A DNA stretch of 52,522 nt, filler included, from Streblomastix strix (taxonomy: Eukaryota): NCBI GenBank assembly GCA_008636045.1. It is 2 parts of 2 records of this genome, joined end to end, with 100 filler letters (N's around TTAATTAATTAA, not from the genome) between each part and the next. Parts side by side here need not be neighbours in the genome. Positions count along the whole stretch, not along the records: positions 26,327 to 52,522 come from SNRW01000176.1; 1 more part is not named here. The stretch is one strand, 5' to 3'. Below are positions 39,076 through 52,522 of this stretch, piece after piece; positions within the stretch are counted from its first letter, which is position 1; every line of letters starts with the position of its first letter. Made by a program: the position numbers and the translations under genes. The notes beneath the pieces were generated by a model. It ran no database searches. It worked only from the letters and a program-made list of their open reading frames with translations, and was not told the DNA's origin.

Positions 39076-39738
39076 ATGGAATTATTACATGCGCTTAAGA
39101 ATTTGATAGAAAACGGGATAAATATTGAATACGTTGATAAGGGTTATGTTGTATAGATTAACAAACAAATAAAGGTATATGATGATGGCAAAAAACAACT
39201 ACGAAAATTGACACAAACATTGTAAAGTAAGCTATTGCTATATGCTCGTGGAGGTGGAAAAATAAAGAAAAATGATCAAAATAAATACCCTAAAAATAGA
39301 TGATAGAAGATGATGAAGGTTCTTTAAATTATAAATGATAAAAGGAAAGATTCCGAGATATATAGGAAATCATTAATGAAAGCGAAGATGAAACAATCAC
39401 CTAAAGCAAAAGACCCGAAAGAACTTTAAAACATTAGCGTGAGGTTAAACAATCACATAAAAAGGTTATAAAAGAATCAAAATAACAATAAATTAATTTC
39501 ATTAATCCATAACTTGATTTAGAAGAATTAATATGATTAAGAACTGAAAATACTTTTATAAGGCAATAGCTTTAAGACGCCATAAAATAATTAGAGAAAT
39601 TCAAATAAAAAAGTAAATCGTTATAAACAACCAAAATAAACTGTTGAAAAAGAAGAATAACAAGAGATACAACAAGAGCCTATAGAATAAAATTATTAAT
39701 CCCAATAATAATTTAGCGAATATGACTTATATAATTGA
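39076..39738 (+). pseudogene. Viral orphan gene with acidic middle and coiled-coil end (homolog at 292-865)
   Basis: MELLHALKNLIENGINIEYVDKGY...LDLEELI*LRTEN...EYDLYN-TGA. Confidence 0.6.
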
Positions 39739-39766
39739 TGAAAATTATTTTTTACTTAATATAAAA

Positions 39767-39973
39767 TTGGAAGAATATTATAAGTGTTTAAAAGAGTACG
39801 AACCTATATTTCAACAAATGTTTTAACAATTAAATAAAGAAATATAAGATTTTGATAAAGAGCTAAAGAAATTATAAGTTTCAACTTTACGTTCTATGCT
39901 TAGCAGTATGCATGATATGATGAAAACATTAGAGTCATTATATGGAAGTTAAAAAAACAATGCAAACAGATGA
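39767..39973 (+). pseudogene. Small helical viral ORF lacking an ATG
   Basis: (L)EEYYKCLKEYEPIFQQMFQQLNKEIQDFDKELKKLQ...NANR-TGA. Confidence 0.4.
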
Positions 39974-40751
39974 GAAATTTTTTTTGACAAATTGGTACTC
40001 TGGCAGCACTTTTTTATGACAAATTTTTACTCGGTCCACCTAGTCCCTGGGACGGTCTGTGGCTATGGCATTTTACGTTAAAACTCCATGCTAAAATTAT
40101 TATAAAAATTACATGTATCCATTATTTGTTATTTTATATTATTATAAATTCGTAGCCTTGGCTTATTAGAGAGATTTTTAAAAAAAGCTTTTTTTAACCT
40201 ACAAATTATTTATTTTAATTATTTCATATAAGGGTTGATATACATTGATTATTTTGCACATATTATATAAGAATTTATGACTTAACTTCAAGAGTATTAG
40301 TCTTTATAAAAACACACGCATAATTCATCTTATAAGTGAGGTTCTTTGCTTATAAAATGTTGGAGTTGAGTTTTTTATAAAAACTGAATAATTTTTGAAG
40401 TTGGTGCATAAATCCCCATATATAACTACTATCATCCCCATTTTTTTAGTAGACAATGCATCAATAATAAAAACAATTCAACTAATTTAGTAATGAAAAT
40501 ATAATAATAAAAAATCTATTATATTTTATATTAATAAAAACAATAAGAAATAAAAAAAAGAGAACTGTTAATGCATATTGGTTTGGAATTAATAAAATAA
40601 AAAATACTCACAATGCATATACATAAATAATAGGTCTAATAAAAAATCAAGAACAAATATTACAATTACGTAGAGAGAACTATATAAAAAAGAATATTTG
40701 AATAAACAAAGAGTATTTGATGATTATTTCTTAAAATTTTCTATTTTAAAT

Positions 40752-43700
40752 TCACATTTTTTTATTCTTATTATTTTCTTCTTATAAATTATTTTCATCA
40801 TCTTAATCTATGCTATCCTATTTTATATTCCCATTACTGTGTTTAAATTTACCATCATTTATATTCTTCAAATCATTTATACTATTTAAATATAATTCAT
40901 GGTTAGATTTATTTCTATTTGATGATGCTGGAGTAAAAATAATTCTATCATTTGTTTTTAATTATGTGATTTAAGTAGAGCTTTCACTATCTTGTTTATC
41001 CATTGATAAATCTTAATCTTCGGTAATTAGGAATGTGGTTTATTTAACTCTTAATGGATGTGGATTAAAAGTATTAGAACTTGTAGAATCAATATCATTA
41101 ACTATAGATTATGAGTTTAGTGGTTCTTTAAATTCTTTAGTTTTTATAAATGTATCTTTTTTATTTATATTTTTTATTGGTAAATTGGAATTCTGATAAA
41201 AGTGGTTTAAAATAAAAAAGAGATTAAAAAAATAATATTAATATTATTATATATTAATAAAATATTATTATAATTATATTTTAATAAAATATTATTATAA
41301 TTATATTTTAATAAAATATTATTATTATTATATTCTAATAAAATATTATTATTATTATATTTTAATAAAATATTATTATTATTATATATTAATAAAATAA
41401 TAATAAACATAATAAATTAATAATACCAGTAATTTCTTACCGAATTTTGCGTTCTCATTTATCAATTCTTAAAATTATTATTCATATTTAGCAAATACTT
41501 ATTTTTACTCATTAATAAATTATTACAAATCTTCATCTTCACTATTTCCTTAATATATCTTTCTAACTCTTTTAAATAGTGCCATAATCTCATCTTTATA
41601 ATTCTTGACTGTAATTAAATATTGTTGTGATTATTATTGTTGTGATAGTTAATAATGTTATTATTAAGATTAAATTTCATTTTATGATTATTATTAATAA
41701 TAATCTGAATGTGAAATAAGAGGAACCATTTGATGATCATAAGTTTAGTCATTTAAATTTTTTTAATTTAAAGGAGTTATTGATTTCATTATTGTAGTCT
41801 TATATTCAATATTGTTATCATTGCAGTATTAATTGCTATTAGTAACGATATTTGAAATTGGATAATTCGTTGTTTCTTTGGATTTCCTTTCAATTTCTTT
41901 GATCTTTTCGTAAACTTGTCCTTAAATCAGTTTTACAACTGTATAATATTGATTAGTGAAAGTTTGTCTCTTTTGTTGATAAATCTTCATTTTTTCTTCT
42001 AATTCCTCAGTTATTTCATCATCTTCTTCTAATTCTGATTCTAACTCTAATTAATTTCTTTATTTTTCTTTATTTTTACTCGTTTAAGGATTTTTATTCA
42101 AATCATTTTTCAAGGCTTTATTTCTTTTAATATTTAGAGTGAATTGATAATCATGATCAGATTGAGTTAAGAAATTTGGAGATAGAATCTGAGATATTGA
42201 CTATAATGAAGATTGTGAAGTATCTGAATCAGATGAATCTGAATCAGTTTATGAATCTGATTACGACAGTCTCAGTTAAGAGGAAGATATTGAATAAGAA
42301 GGTTTATTAGATAGTAATTATGATACAGATGTTTATTAATTATCCTTTGAAATTGATGATTAAGATTCATCTTATTATTATTACTACCCAAATCTTCTTT
42401 TCACTATTAAACTTACACTTGATTCAGACTTATCTTTTTAATTTATTAATAATTTCCTTCCATATTTTCTATCATTTATATCTTAAATCATAATTTATAA
42501 CAATTTGTTTCTTTATCTTTTATATCTCTATTTCATCCAAGAGTAACTTTCATCTGGAATTTCACTTTATTTCATTTTGATTTCTTCTTGATTTTCATTG
42601 ACTTTAATCCAATCATTTGAAAGATTAAGTTTGTAAGTACTGCAATTGATGCAATATTCATTGTTTGAATTATAATTTATTATTGTATTCTATATTAATT
42701 AAAGTTATTGTTATAATGTTTATAAAGATGATGATGATGATGATGATGTATCAGTAATATGTTATAAATTTCCTGAGGATTAAGATAAAGTAATTTGTTA
42801 TAATTATTTTTGCAAGTGGAAATTTTGTATTTATGGTGATGATTAAACAGGATGAATTTAACTCTTAGATTTTTTTATCATTTGTTAGTTGAGTGAAGAA
42901 GTAAATATGTGGAATTTGGATAATAAATGATAGATTCTTTTGTTTTCATTCTCATTAAGATTATGAAGTAGAATTTGTGATTAATACTACCATTGCTAAA
43001 GTTCTATTCGACCTCTTTCAGCTTAATTTATAAAATAAAAATTATATTAATAAAATAAATATTTTACATAAAAAAATATATCAATTTCATTTATTTCTGA
43101 TTCTTTTCATACATTTAATTGCATTTTCAATTAATTTTAATTATTATGTTAAGCAACTTGGGCACAACAATATTTCTTCATTTCCTGTATCAGTAAATAA
43201 AGATGGATGTAATGAGTGTTGTTTGATTGAAACTAAAAATCTAATTAAAAATGATTAAATAAAATGATTAATAAAAAATAATATTTGATAAATAATATAA
43301 ATAGTTAAATAAATAAAATCATTAAATAAATTATATACCGTTACTCCTATGTAATCACTTTAAGATGTCTGTTAACAATTGTGAGGAAACAAATATATAT
43401 CTACAATTACGACACTGTATTTCTATTTTTATTTACTGATTTCTTCAATTTATTAATCATTTCTTTAGGAAATCGCGAATCCATATTAATAAGTCCATTA
43501 AGTTAATCTTATACTTTCTTAAATAATTCTTCATCTTTTTGTCTTTCGATCATAATTTATTTATATTTCAGTTCTCTTTCAATTTTATCCTTTTTTTCTT
43601 TTTCTTATTATTCTTTTATTTTCTGATATTTTTCTTATTTTTATTTATTTTCTAATTACAATTTTTATTCTCTTTCAATTTAATCTTTTCTTTCTTTTTC

Positions 43701-46700
43701 TTTCTGTAATATAATCTATTCTTCTAATTCTGAAGATAATTTATATTCAGATGATTTATACATTTTTGCATATTTTGATTAATCGTAACTAGATATTGTA
43801 TTTATATCATTCCTATGCATCCTATTCCTTTCCATAGATTCAATCTCATATGTCAAAAGTATTACATTAACATCTTCTATAATCATTATGTTATTATTTC
43901 CCTTTTCTTTATCTTCTTCTACATCATCATATTCCATAAATGATTATTATAATAAATTTAATCTTCTAATTTCTTGTAAATTAATCACATTAATATCTTA
44001 TTTTTCCATATCTTTTCTATATGATTCAGAATTATCCAGATTCATTTAAATTATTTACCTTAATTCAATTTCTTCTTTTTCTTATTCTTTTTTTTATTTC
44101 TCTTCTAGAAGTTTTATTTTAATCTCATCATCTTATCTTTATTTCTCTATTAAGTCTTATTCTTTCTTAATTCTGTCTAAATCATCTTTCAAATCATTCA
44201 TTTGTTGCTCTTCATTATCATCAATCGTGTCTTTGTATTTTAATTTGCCCATTTCTTCTTCCATTTAATATTACCTCTTCTTCTTCTTTTTCTTCTTTTT
44301 ATTATTTTATTATTCTTTATTACTCTCAAATATATCTTCATTTTCATCATCGTCATCATCATCATCTTCAAAATAACTCCATCCATATTTTTGAAATAGC
44401 ATAATGTCATCAAATGAATAGTCTCCCATTATCTTTTAGATTATAGCATCTGGATTATATAAAAACTTTTAGACAATAGGTGCAAAGATATCATCAGCTT
44501 TATCTTTTATTTTCTGAATATAAGCTATAAGCGATTTTAACTTTTTCTATCTTAGAATATTATTATTCTTCTTTATATATTCTTTTTCATCATATTCAAG
44601 TTCTTCATTTAATAGAGCAATATCTCCTTCCAAATCTTAATTATTTTCATCATAATTTTCTTTTTCATTTTCTTCTAATTGCATTTATTTATAATCTTTC
44701 TATTCTTCATCTTATTACTCTATTTATACAAGTTAAGAATTATTTTCAATATCTTATTTCTTTTTTCCTTATTTTTGCTTCTTTATTTAGTTCTTATCTT
44801 CTTTTTCTTTCTTAACAGATTAGGATATTTGGTCATAAATATGGATTTCATTCTTTAATTCATCTTCTTACACTTTAATAAATGCTTCATCTTCTTCTTC
44901 ATCACCAAATTCATCAATTACATTGCTTGGGTCTCTATTTCTATTTACATGATAAATAAGTATTAAATTAAAATCAAGTTAATTAATCAATAATAAAATT
45001 AATACCTTAATTCATTCATTAGGCTTAATTGCATCTGCTAAATTGGATAAAGTTTTATGTCAATTATTATTGATTTATATTTATTGTTATCAAATGAATT
45101 TATTGGAATATTTGAGCATTATAAGAAAGTGAGACCTATTCAGAAGAAATGGGAAATAATAAATGATAAATAAAATTATTGATTATAAAAATAAAATATG
45201 TAAATGCTAAAATATATACCTAAATTTCCTGATTTTAATCTTTATTGATACTTAAAACATATTAAATTTAAATAAAGAATAAAATTATTTAATGAATATG
45301 AATAATAAATAAATTAATGATTATTTATCTTAATTATTCATATAAACATATATATTATAACATTCAAACTATTGATGAAGATTCATCCGCAATTACAGTA
45401 GTAGCTATTCCTTTCATAAGAAGAAAAGTGCGTTAATATGAATGAGATTCTATTTTAATGAACAGATTATTTATATAATAATAATAAAATGAGAATTAAA
45501 AAAATAAAACAAACTTTTCATTTTTCCATTGACAATTTTTAACATATTTTCAACTTATTTTTATTTCACATTCTTCTATGAGCTTTAAGTATTATATTTT
45601 GTCAAATTATTCCTCACAATATTTCCATTTTCATCAATTTAAAATCCAATTTTCAATGTTTTATCATATCTTTAATTCTCATTAGCAATATTATCATCTT
45701 CATTCAAATCATCTTCATCATTTATGTCCATATCTACTAATATTTACTGATCTTTCATATCAATATTCATTTCAACATTTTCATTCAATATTTATTCTTT
45801 TTTTAATTTTTATTTATTCTTTACATTAAAAAATATGAAAGTAAGTAATATAATGGATATATTTATAAGAACAATTCTAATAATAAATTAATATTCTTTT
45901 TTATCTAATTTAAATTAATGTGTTGATTAATATTCTTATTAATTCAAACCCGTAACGTAAAATTCATCAAAGAATTCTCAGCTGTTTCCACTTTAATAAT
46001 TGGAGCATAAAACTCACAAACAATGGCAGGATGGCCTATATTATAAAAATAATGAATAAATTATGAATAAAATATTATTTTAAAATATTAATTAATATAT
46101 TTAATTTTTTATTTATTAGTATTTAAATATATAATACCTCCAAAATAAATCTTCGGATCAAAGTATGAATTAATCATGTCAGCATATCCGTTTCTATCTA
46201 CAAAAGAGATTGATACCACTTCTGTCTCTTAAAAGCCTGTTTCTTGTTCTTCTTATACTTCAATTAACTTATTTTATTCATTTTCAAGCATTTATTATTT
46301 AACAACTTTTTAAGCTTTTTTCTGTTTTTCATTCATAATTTTTTCTTAAGCATCAAATTTAATCACTTAATTTAATGGAGGAGGTAATTATGTCAGATAA
46401 AATGCATTGATGATCTCAAATGGAGGTAATGGGATGTATGCATTAGTTGGCAATGAATATCCATATGTATAATCTAATGATGGTTTATTATTTATATTGT
46501 TATTATTGCTCTTTTATTCAATTTCATAAATTCATTCTTATTATTTTTAATTCTTCAATTTTCTAAGAAACTTTTCAATTTCCATTTTTATTTAATACAT
46601 TTTCTGTTATCTGATTTAATAAATCTTAGCAAGTTGTTGTTTAAGGATTGTTTACATTTAGGCTTATTAATCATCCTACTATTCATCTATTTGCATTGTA

Positions 46701-49700
46701 GAATGATTCTGTTATCTCTCATATTAATATTGAAATGGAGGTTAATATAATTAAGGATTATTTGTTTATTTTTATTATTCATTCAATTGTTTCAATTAAT
46801 CATTAAGTTTCTTTTCTAATTATATTTCATCAACATCATCATAATCTTCTTCTTCATTTTCTTCTTCTTATTTAATTTCAATTTCTTTCATCTCTTCTTC
46901 ATCATTGGGAAGAATTGTAGGTTCAAATTTATAATTGAGATATGTTTATTGATCTGAGTTTTGGATAAGTGAGAATCGGTCAATTGGAGGTAAATATGAT
47001 GGATCGATTTATTTATTATTACTTTCTTCAATTTTTCTGATTTCAATATTTTCTTCTTTCTTTAATTCTTCATCAAATCCATCAATTATATCATTTTCTC
47101 CTGGTTCGCAGAAAATTTCTAATTAATTTTAATATTAATTATCAATATCAAGTAGAAAGTTATCAATTAATATTTATCTTTCTATCATAATACTATCTTT
47201 CTATTATTACTTTAGTTTGTTCAATTGTTTTATCTATTATAGTTATAACTTCAATTACTTTTTAATTATCAATTTCTCTTATTAAGTGCCATTAATCATA
47301 TCATCATAGTTTTGCTTAATATATTAAGAATTCTTTTTAACAAATTAAAGAAAATCTTATTTGGATAATGATTCTAATTATCCAATTTTAAGTTTAGGAT
47401 ATACTTTCTTATATAATATAATCTTGTTTTCATCTTTGTCAATCTATTTCTAATTATTTTAATTGTCTTTAGTTTGATTTTCTAAATTATTAATATCATT
47501 TAATTACATTATTTGTGTAATTTAATTAGTCTGTAATTTATGTTATTATTAAACAGAAGAAGTTGATGAAGATTATTGTTTATTATATTATGATGAAATA
47601 AACTATTTGTTTATATTTGTAAGAAGCAACGACACACTTGAATTGTGATTATCAATCTTGTCAATTGATATGTTGGAATTATTAATACTATTAACATTAA
47701 CTACATTTATTATATTTTTACTCTTTTACTACATATATTATTTAGTACTATCATTTACTTGCATATTTTTAATTTTTTACTCCATATTTTATTCAGATGT
47801 TATTCCTTACTCTGTTTATTATTGTTATTAAAGAATTGAATCTAATTTTCTCTATTCTAAATAATCTATTTTTTATTCTTTACTCATCCAATATCCAAGT
47901 CCAACTTTATACATCCGAATTGGTCTCTTATTAATTGGAACACAAACAAAATTAAGAGTTTACCTATTTAATTATAAAAATAACGAAAAATGAATAAGTT
48001 AGGAGAATATTATAATAAAAGATTTTGTTCTTATAATCATAATTTGAATAAATACCTCGGATATCCATCAAATTTATTCGATTTTTCTTCTTTTGTTTTA
48101 TCTCTTTTTATATTTACTACATTTTCTTATTCTTATTTAAAATCATTCTCATTATTATTAATGTTTATTCCATATTCATCCATAATATCTTATCTTATTA
48201 TTTTATCTTATTTCTTATTCTAATCCAAAGTCATCTCCCAATCTAATAAATAATCTCCAGTTACTCTGCTCACTAATATTGGTGGATATGGAGAATATTC
48301 TGATGATGATGGACTTAATTATAGTTGCATTTATAGACCAATTTTGGATGTTGGAAAGATTCTGTATTTGAGTAAATATTGAGTAATGAAAAGAATAAAT
48401 GATTGAAAAGTATTATATATAGATGAAAATTAATAAAATATATCAAATTTAATTTATTATATACCTTTTTACTGTTTTCATATGATGTACACATATTCCC
48501 AATGATAAAGCATATCCTCTTTATTCATCAACAAATCTCACTAAATATATTTCACCTTAATTCTTTGCTGCTTCAATAACTGGTATTGCAAAAGTTGTTA
48601 ATGCAACTTCATGATATTTATTCAAATATGGTAAATATGAATAAATTTATTATGGTGAAGTATTTAAAGTCTTATTAAAATTATTATTATTTGGTTTCTT
48701 AATTGAATTATTTTTATCTTTTTATTATTGCTATTCTTATTTGCTTTATTATCCAATAAGAGATATGATTAATGGTGATCTTTCATCTGTGACCATATTG
48801 AGCTCTTCATAGAAGAAACTAATATAGAAGAATAATAAATATTAATTAAATATATATTAAATATATTATATATTATAATATTATTCATACCCTCTATCAG
48901 AAACTCTTTCCAATATTCCAGCATCTTCTCTGTTTGATTGAACATTGAATGTAGCTGGATTTGTCTACATCATTTCACCCTGTAATAATAAATGAACAAT
49001 AATTAGTTAACAATTAAAATTATGAACGTTTATTTCATTCATTATTTATTATTTATCTTCTTCAATTAATAACCTTCACATCAGTAGTTCTAGCTCTTAC
49101 AATTAATCTCTAAGGTAATCTCTTTGATCTCAATGCATATCTAATCATTCTTTCTCTTTCTCTTTTATTCTTCAACTTCTTCAGTCTTTTTTAATTATCT
49201 TTTTCTATCGAGTCTAAAATACTGAATAATTCTTTATATTTCTTTTGTTTCTTCTTCGATTTAGTTTTTGCAGTCATTCGGCCAAATTACTGATTGATTT
49301 CATCTGCAAGGACATCATCATCAAGTTTAAAGCCTATTAAATGATTAAGTAAAATAAGAATAATTAAAATATTGTAAGTTTAAGAAATAATAATATTATA
49401 ATTAATTTATATGAAAAATATTAATATATAAATAAACCCAATTATTTTGCTATTTATTCCATTTATTCTCTCTTCTTTTACTTTTCTATAACCTTATCTT
49501 GCATTCTCTAATAATAATAATATAAATAAATAAAATAATTCTTATTAAAAAAATAAATATTAATTGTTATTAATTTATTATTGTTTATTTATTAAACTAT
49601 TTTTAATTAAAATTAAAATCATACCTGCATCATATTCTCCAATTCACTTGCAAATGGATGTTCAATCTCTGCATTAGCTTCAGCCCAGAATACCAATAAT

Positions 49701-52522
49701 TGAACTCTAACAGGTCTATATAATGGATCTACAATTTATTCTATTTGATATTTATCTTATTTATATTTAACTAATTATTAGTTTTGGTTCTATAAAGAAA
49801 ATTAATCTTATCTTGATAACATTCTTTTTAACTGAGCTAAATGAGGCCATTAAACTTTATTTATTGTTTGTAATTATTGTTATTTATCTTCTTATTAAAT
49901 TGTTTCTTAATAATTAAATACTTTACCAATCTAAGTAGATGTTTATTATGATTATTATTGTTATTTCAAATTCAGCTGTGCTAAACTCGGCCATTAAACT
50001 TTTCTAGTTTAGTAAGATAATTATTTTTGATCTGACTAAATTAGCTGAATATTTTATGGAATTGAATCTGAATAATTAAAATCTTTACTTAGTTAAGATG
50101 ATGAAGAAGAAGTTTGTATTAATTAATTATCCTTTGTTTAATAATCAGAAAAAGATGATATAGACTATATTTTTACAATCTATTATTATTTAAATTCTTA
50201 TATTTATTAATATTATTATTTATCATCTTAATTATTATATTCACTATTTACAATAAGAAATTATTGTCTATTTATCTCTGATTAATTAGATTATTACTGA
50301 TTAAATCTATTCAAAGGAGTTGAAGTGTAAATAAGTGAATGAATATTAATATATTTATTATTAATAGATAATTAAGATTGAATTGAAGAATCTTATTGTA
50401 TTTATTAGTTTTATTTATTTAATTGATCATTATTAAATTATTATGAATATTCATGTGTAAGTGATTGAAATGAATTATTTGATAAACGGTTTAGATCGTT
50501 TAGTCATTTAATAGAAGAAAATGAAGGATCCTATACTATTGGTTATAATACTGAAGAAGAATTAGATAATAAAACATTATTCTATTCATTATGTGATGTA
50601 GTTATTGGATTTATTTTATTATATGTTTTTGAATCATTTTACAGTTATTAATGATATGTCTTTTATTAAATGGATTTATTTATTTCATATTTTTCTTCTT
50701 ATTTGATTATAATAAATTCTTTCATTTGTTCTTCAGTTATTCTTTATTTATTATTTTCTTCTTTAAATTTCATAACAATGCTCAAATCCTAATTCAATCT
50801 CAATAATTCTTCTGGTTTTATTTCTTTCTTTATTCTAATTTGTGGAAGTTGATTAATAGTTGATGGAAATATTGGTGTTAAGATGATATCAACTAATATT
50901 ATTGCATTAATTATTTCATTTTTATCAGTGAATTTGTATTATTGATAACTTTATTACTTTTATTATTATTGATTATTATTATCTCCCTTAAAATAGTTCA
51001 ATGCATCAACATGTGATATTTCTTTATTTTAATTCATTTATTATTATTATTATTAAGAAGTTGGTTGAATTATTGATGATCATAATTATTATTGTTATTA
51101 TTAACTTTGCACTCTACTCATTGTACCAAATTGAATCTATCTTTATTCAAATTATGAGTCTTGAATATTGATTATATCTAATATATGAGATAATGATTCC
51201 TGAATGTTATGAAATATTAAGTTAATATTTTCAAAAAAATTATTTTAAAATTTATATATTTGTTTAAATAAATAAAAAATGTTGTTTATTGCATTTATTT
51301 AATATTATAAATAATGTATAATATAACTAATCCAATTACACACATTTCCAAGTCCAACTGTACATATCTACTACTGCAATTTCAACTCAAATTCCATACT
51401 TTCAATCAATTTATCCACATTTTCTAATTATTTCTTCAATTTTTTAGTTAAATTCACGGCTTTTTCAATTTCTTTCTCATCATTAAAATCTTTTCTCTTC
51501 TTTTTATTCAGTTTATTAATTTATTCTTATTATTTATCTTCTTTCTATTGCAATTAATCTTTAATTAACTCCATCTATTTCTTTCTCAATTTAATTGACT
51601 CAATCTTCTTCACCTATTTCTCTTCATTCTATATTTCTTATAAGTATGTTTATTATACCTGAATTATTTATATAAATTAAATCTTTATTATTTCTTTAAG
51701 TAAATAATTTCAAACTTATGGAACAGCACCACGACACCAATATATCATAGAATCTGAAGGAATGTTAAAAAGAAAGAATAAAAGAAATATATTATTGTTT
51801 ATAATCTCAATATAAGAATTAAAAAAAATATTATAAAATATATAATCTAACCTGCTTGAATTTTTCCAATAATTGATGAAGATTTTGTAATTGGAACCAC
51901 AATTCTTACAGAAGATTTGCCAATTCGGAACATTTTATTCAGAAAATGAATTGAAAATTGTGATCCCCCAATTATTTCCAATTAATAATTATTCATTGTT
52001 GGACAAATTTAATTTGATTCCTATTATTATTCTTATTCTTATTATGAAGTGGATTATTCATTGAAATGATTTGATTTGGTAGATTGATTAGATCTTTGAG
52101 TAAGAAGAGGTGATTTGAACCTTGACATTTATGATTTACTTCTTGGTGACTTATTTTTCATTTTTGATTACTTTGATGATTATGAAATATTTAATTCATT
52201 CTATTATTATGAGTTATTTTAATCAGATTTTTTATCAGTTATTTTAATAAGAACAAAATTGAGAATATTTTTTTCAATGAAGAAATCTTCTGAAATGACT
52301 AAAAATAATAAATAAATAAATAAATAATGAAAAGAAAATAAATAATATTAATATATAAATAAATTTTATAACTGAAATCAAAAATATTTCGTCGTATTTT
52401 TGGTAAGTCACTCAAGTCTGCTACTTCAGAATGAAGCTAATGTGATATCTATGGTTAAATATTCTATTTTTATGTATCAGTCTTTAGTATTTGATGTGAT
52501 ATTGAGATATAAGGAATTAATG
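40752..52522 (-). CDS. Very large multi-exon Q/N/E-rich hypothetical protein, 5' end beyond the window (could be more than one gene)
   Basis: Long TGA-free minus-strand exons rich in TAA/TAG codons, separated by >10 GT-AG introns; globular islands such as PVRVQLLVFWAEANAEIEHPF and GHPAIVCEFYAP; ends NKNKKM-TGA. Confidence 0.65.
41235..41405. repeat. Intronic 27-bp AT-rich tandem repeat
   Basis: About six copies of AATAAAATATTATTATWATTATATTYT inside the intron ~41195-41426. Confidence 0.8.

Larger units (their letters stand above)
26327..40100. mobile_element. Decayed endogenous Polinton/Maverick-like dsDNA virus; left part missing in gap, right boundary approximate
   Basis: Compact intronless cluster of pPolB, packaging ATPase, capsid-sized gene, fibre-like genes and HNH nuclease, contrasting with intron-rich host genes; numerous TGA stops and frameshifts. 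Confidence 0.9.

Noticed and set aside
26327..40100. TGA recoded or programmed frameshifting in the virus
   Set aside because: TGA replaces different expected residues (e.g. Gly in PolB motif B) and accompanies scattered frameshifts, indicating decay

Overview
AT-rich eukaryotic genomic DNA read in a non-standard code: TAA/TAG encode Gln and TGA is the only stop, so the supplied standard-code ORF track is mostly fragments or shadow ORFs. The code, the many AT-rich GT-AG introns and the gene families point to an oxymonad such as Streblomastix (inference). Layout: 1-865 is the decayed end of an endogenous virus copy. 866-3854 is a putative non-autonomous TIR element carrying a ~30-bp minisatellite. 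4.3-26.2 kb holds host genes: a low-complexity protein, a kinase-ARM pseudokinase, a K/E-rich ARM protein, a SPRY-like protein, a kinase-ARM-UIM protein and a repetitive secreted protein. An artificial N-linker lies at 26227-26326. About 26.3-40.1 kb is an intronless, decayed Polinton/Maverick-like endogenous dsDNA virus written in the host TAR=Gln code, with protein-primed PolB, packaging ATPase, putative major capsid protein, two fibre-like genes, an amphipathic peptide, an HNH endonuclease and orphan genes. 40.75-52.5 kb is a very large multi-exon Q-rich host gene whose start lies beyond the window. All translations were done by hand; pseudogene boundaries are approximate.
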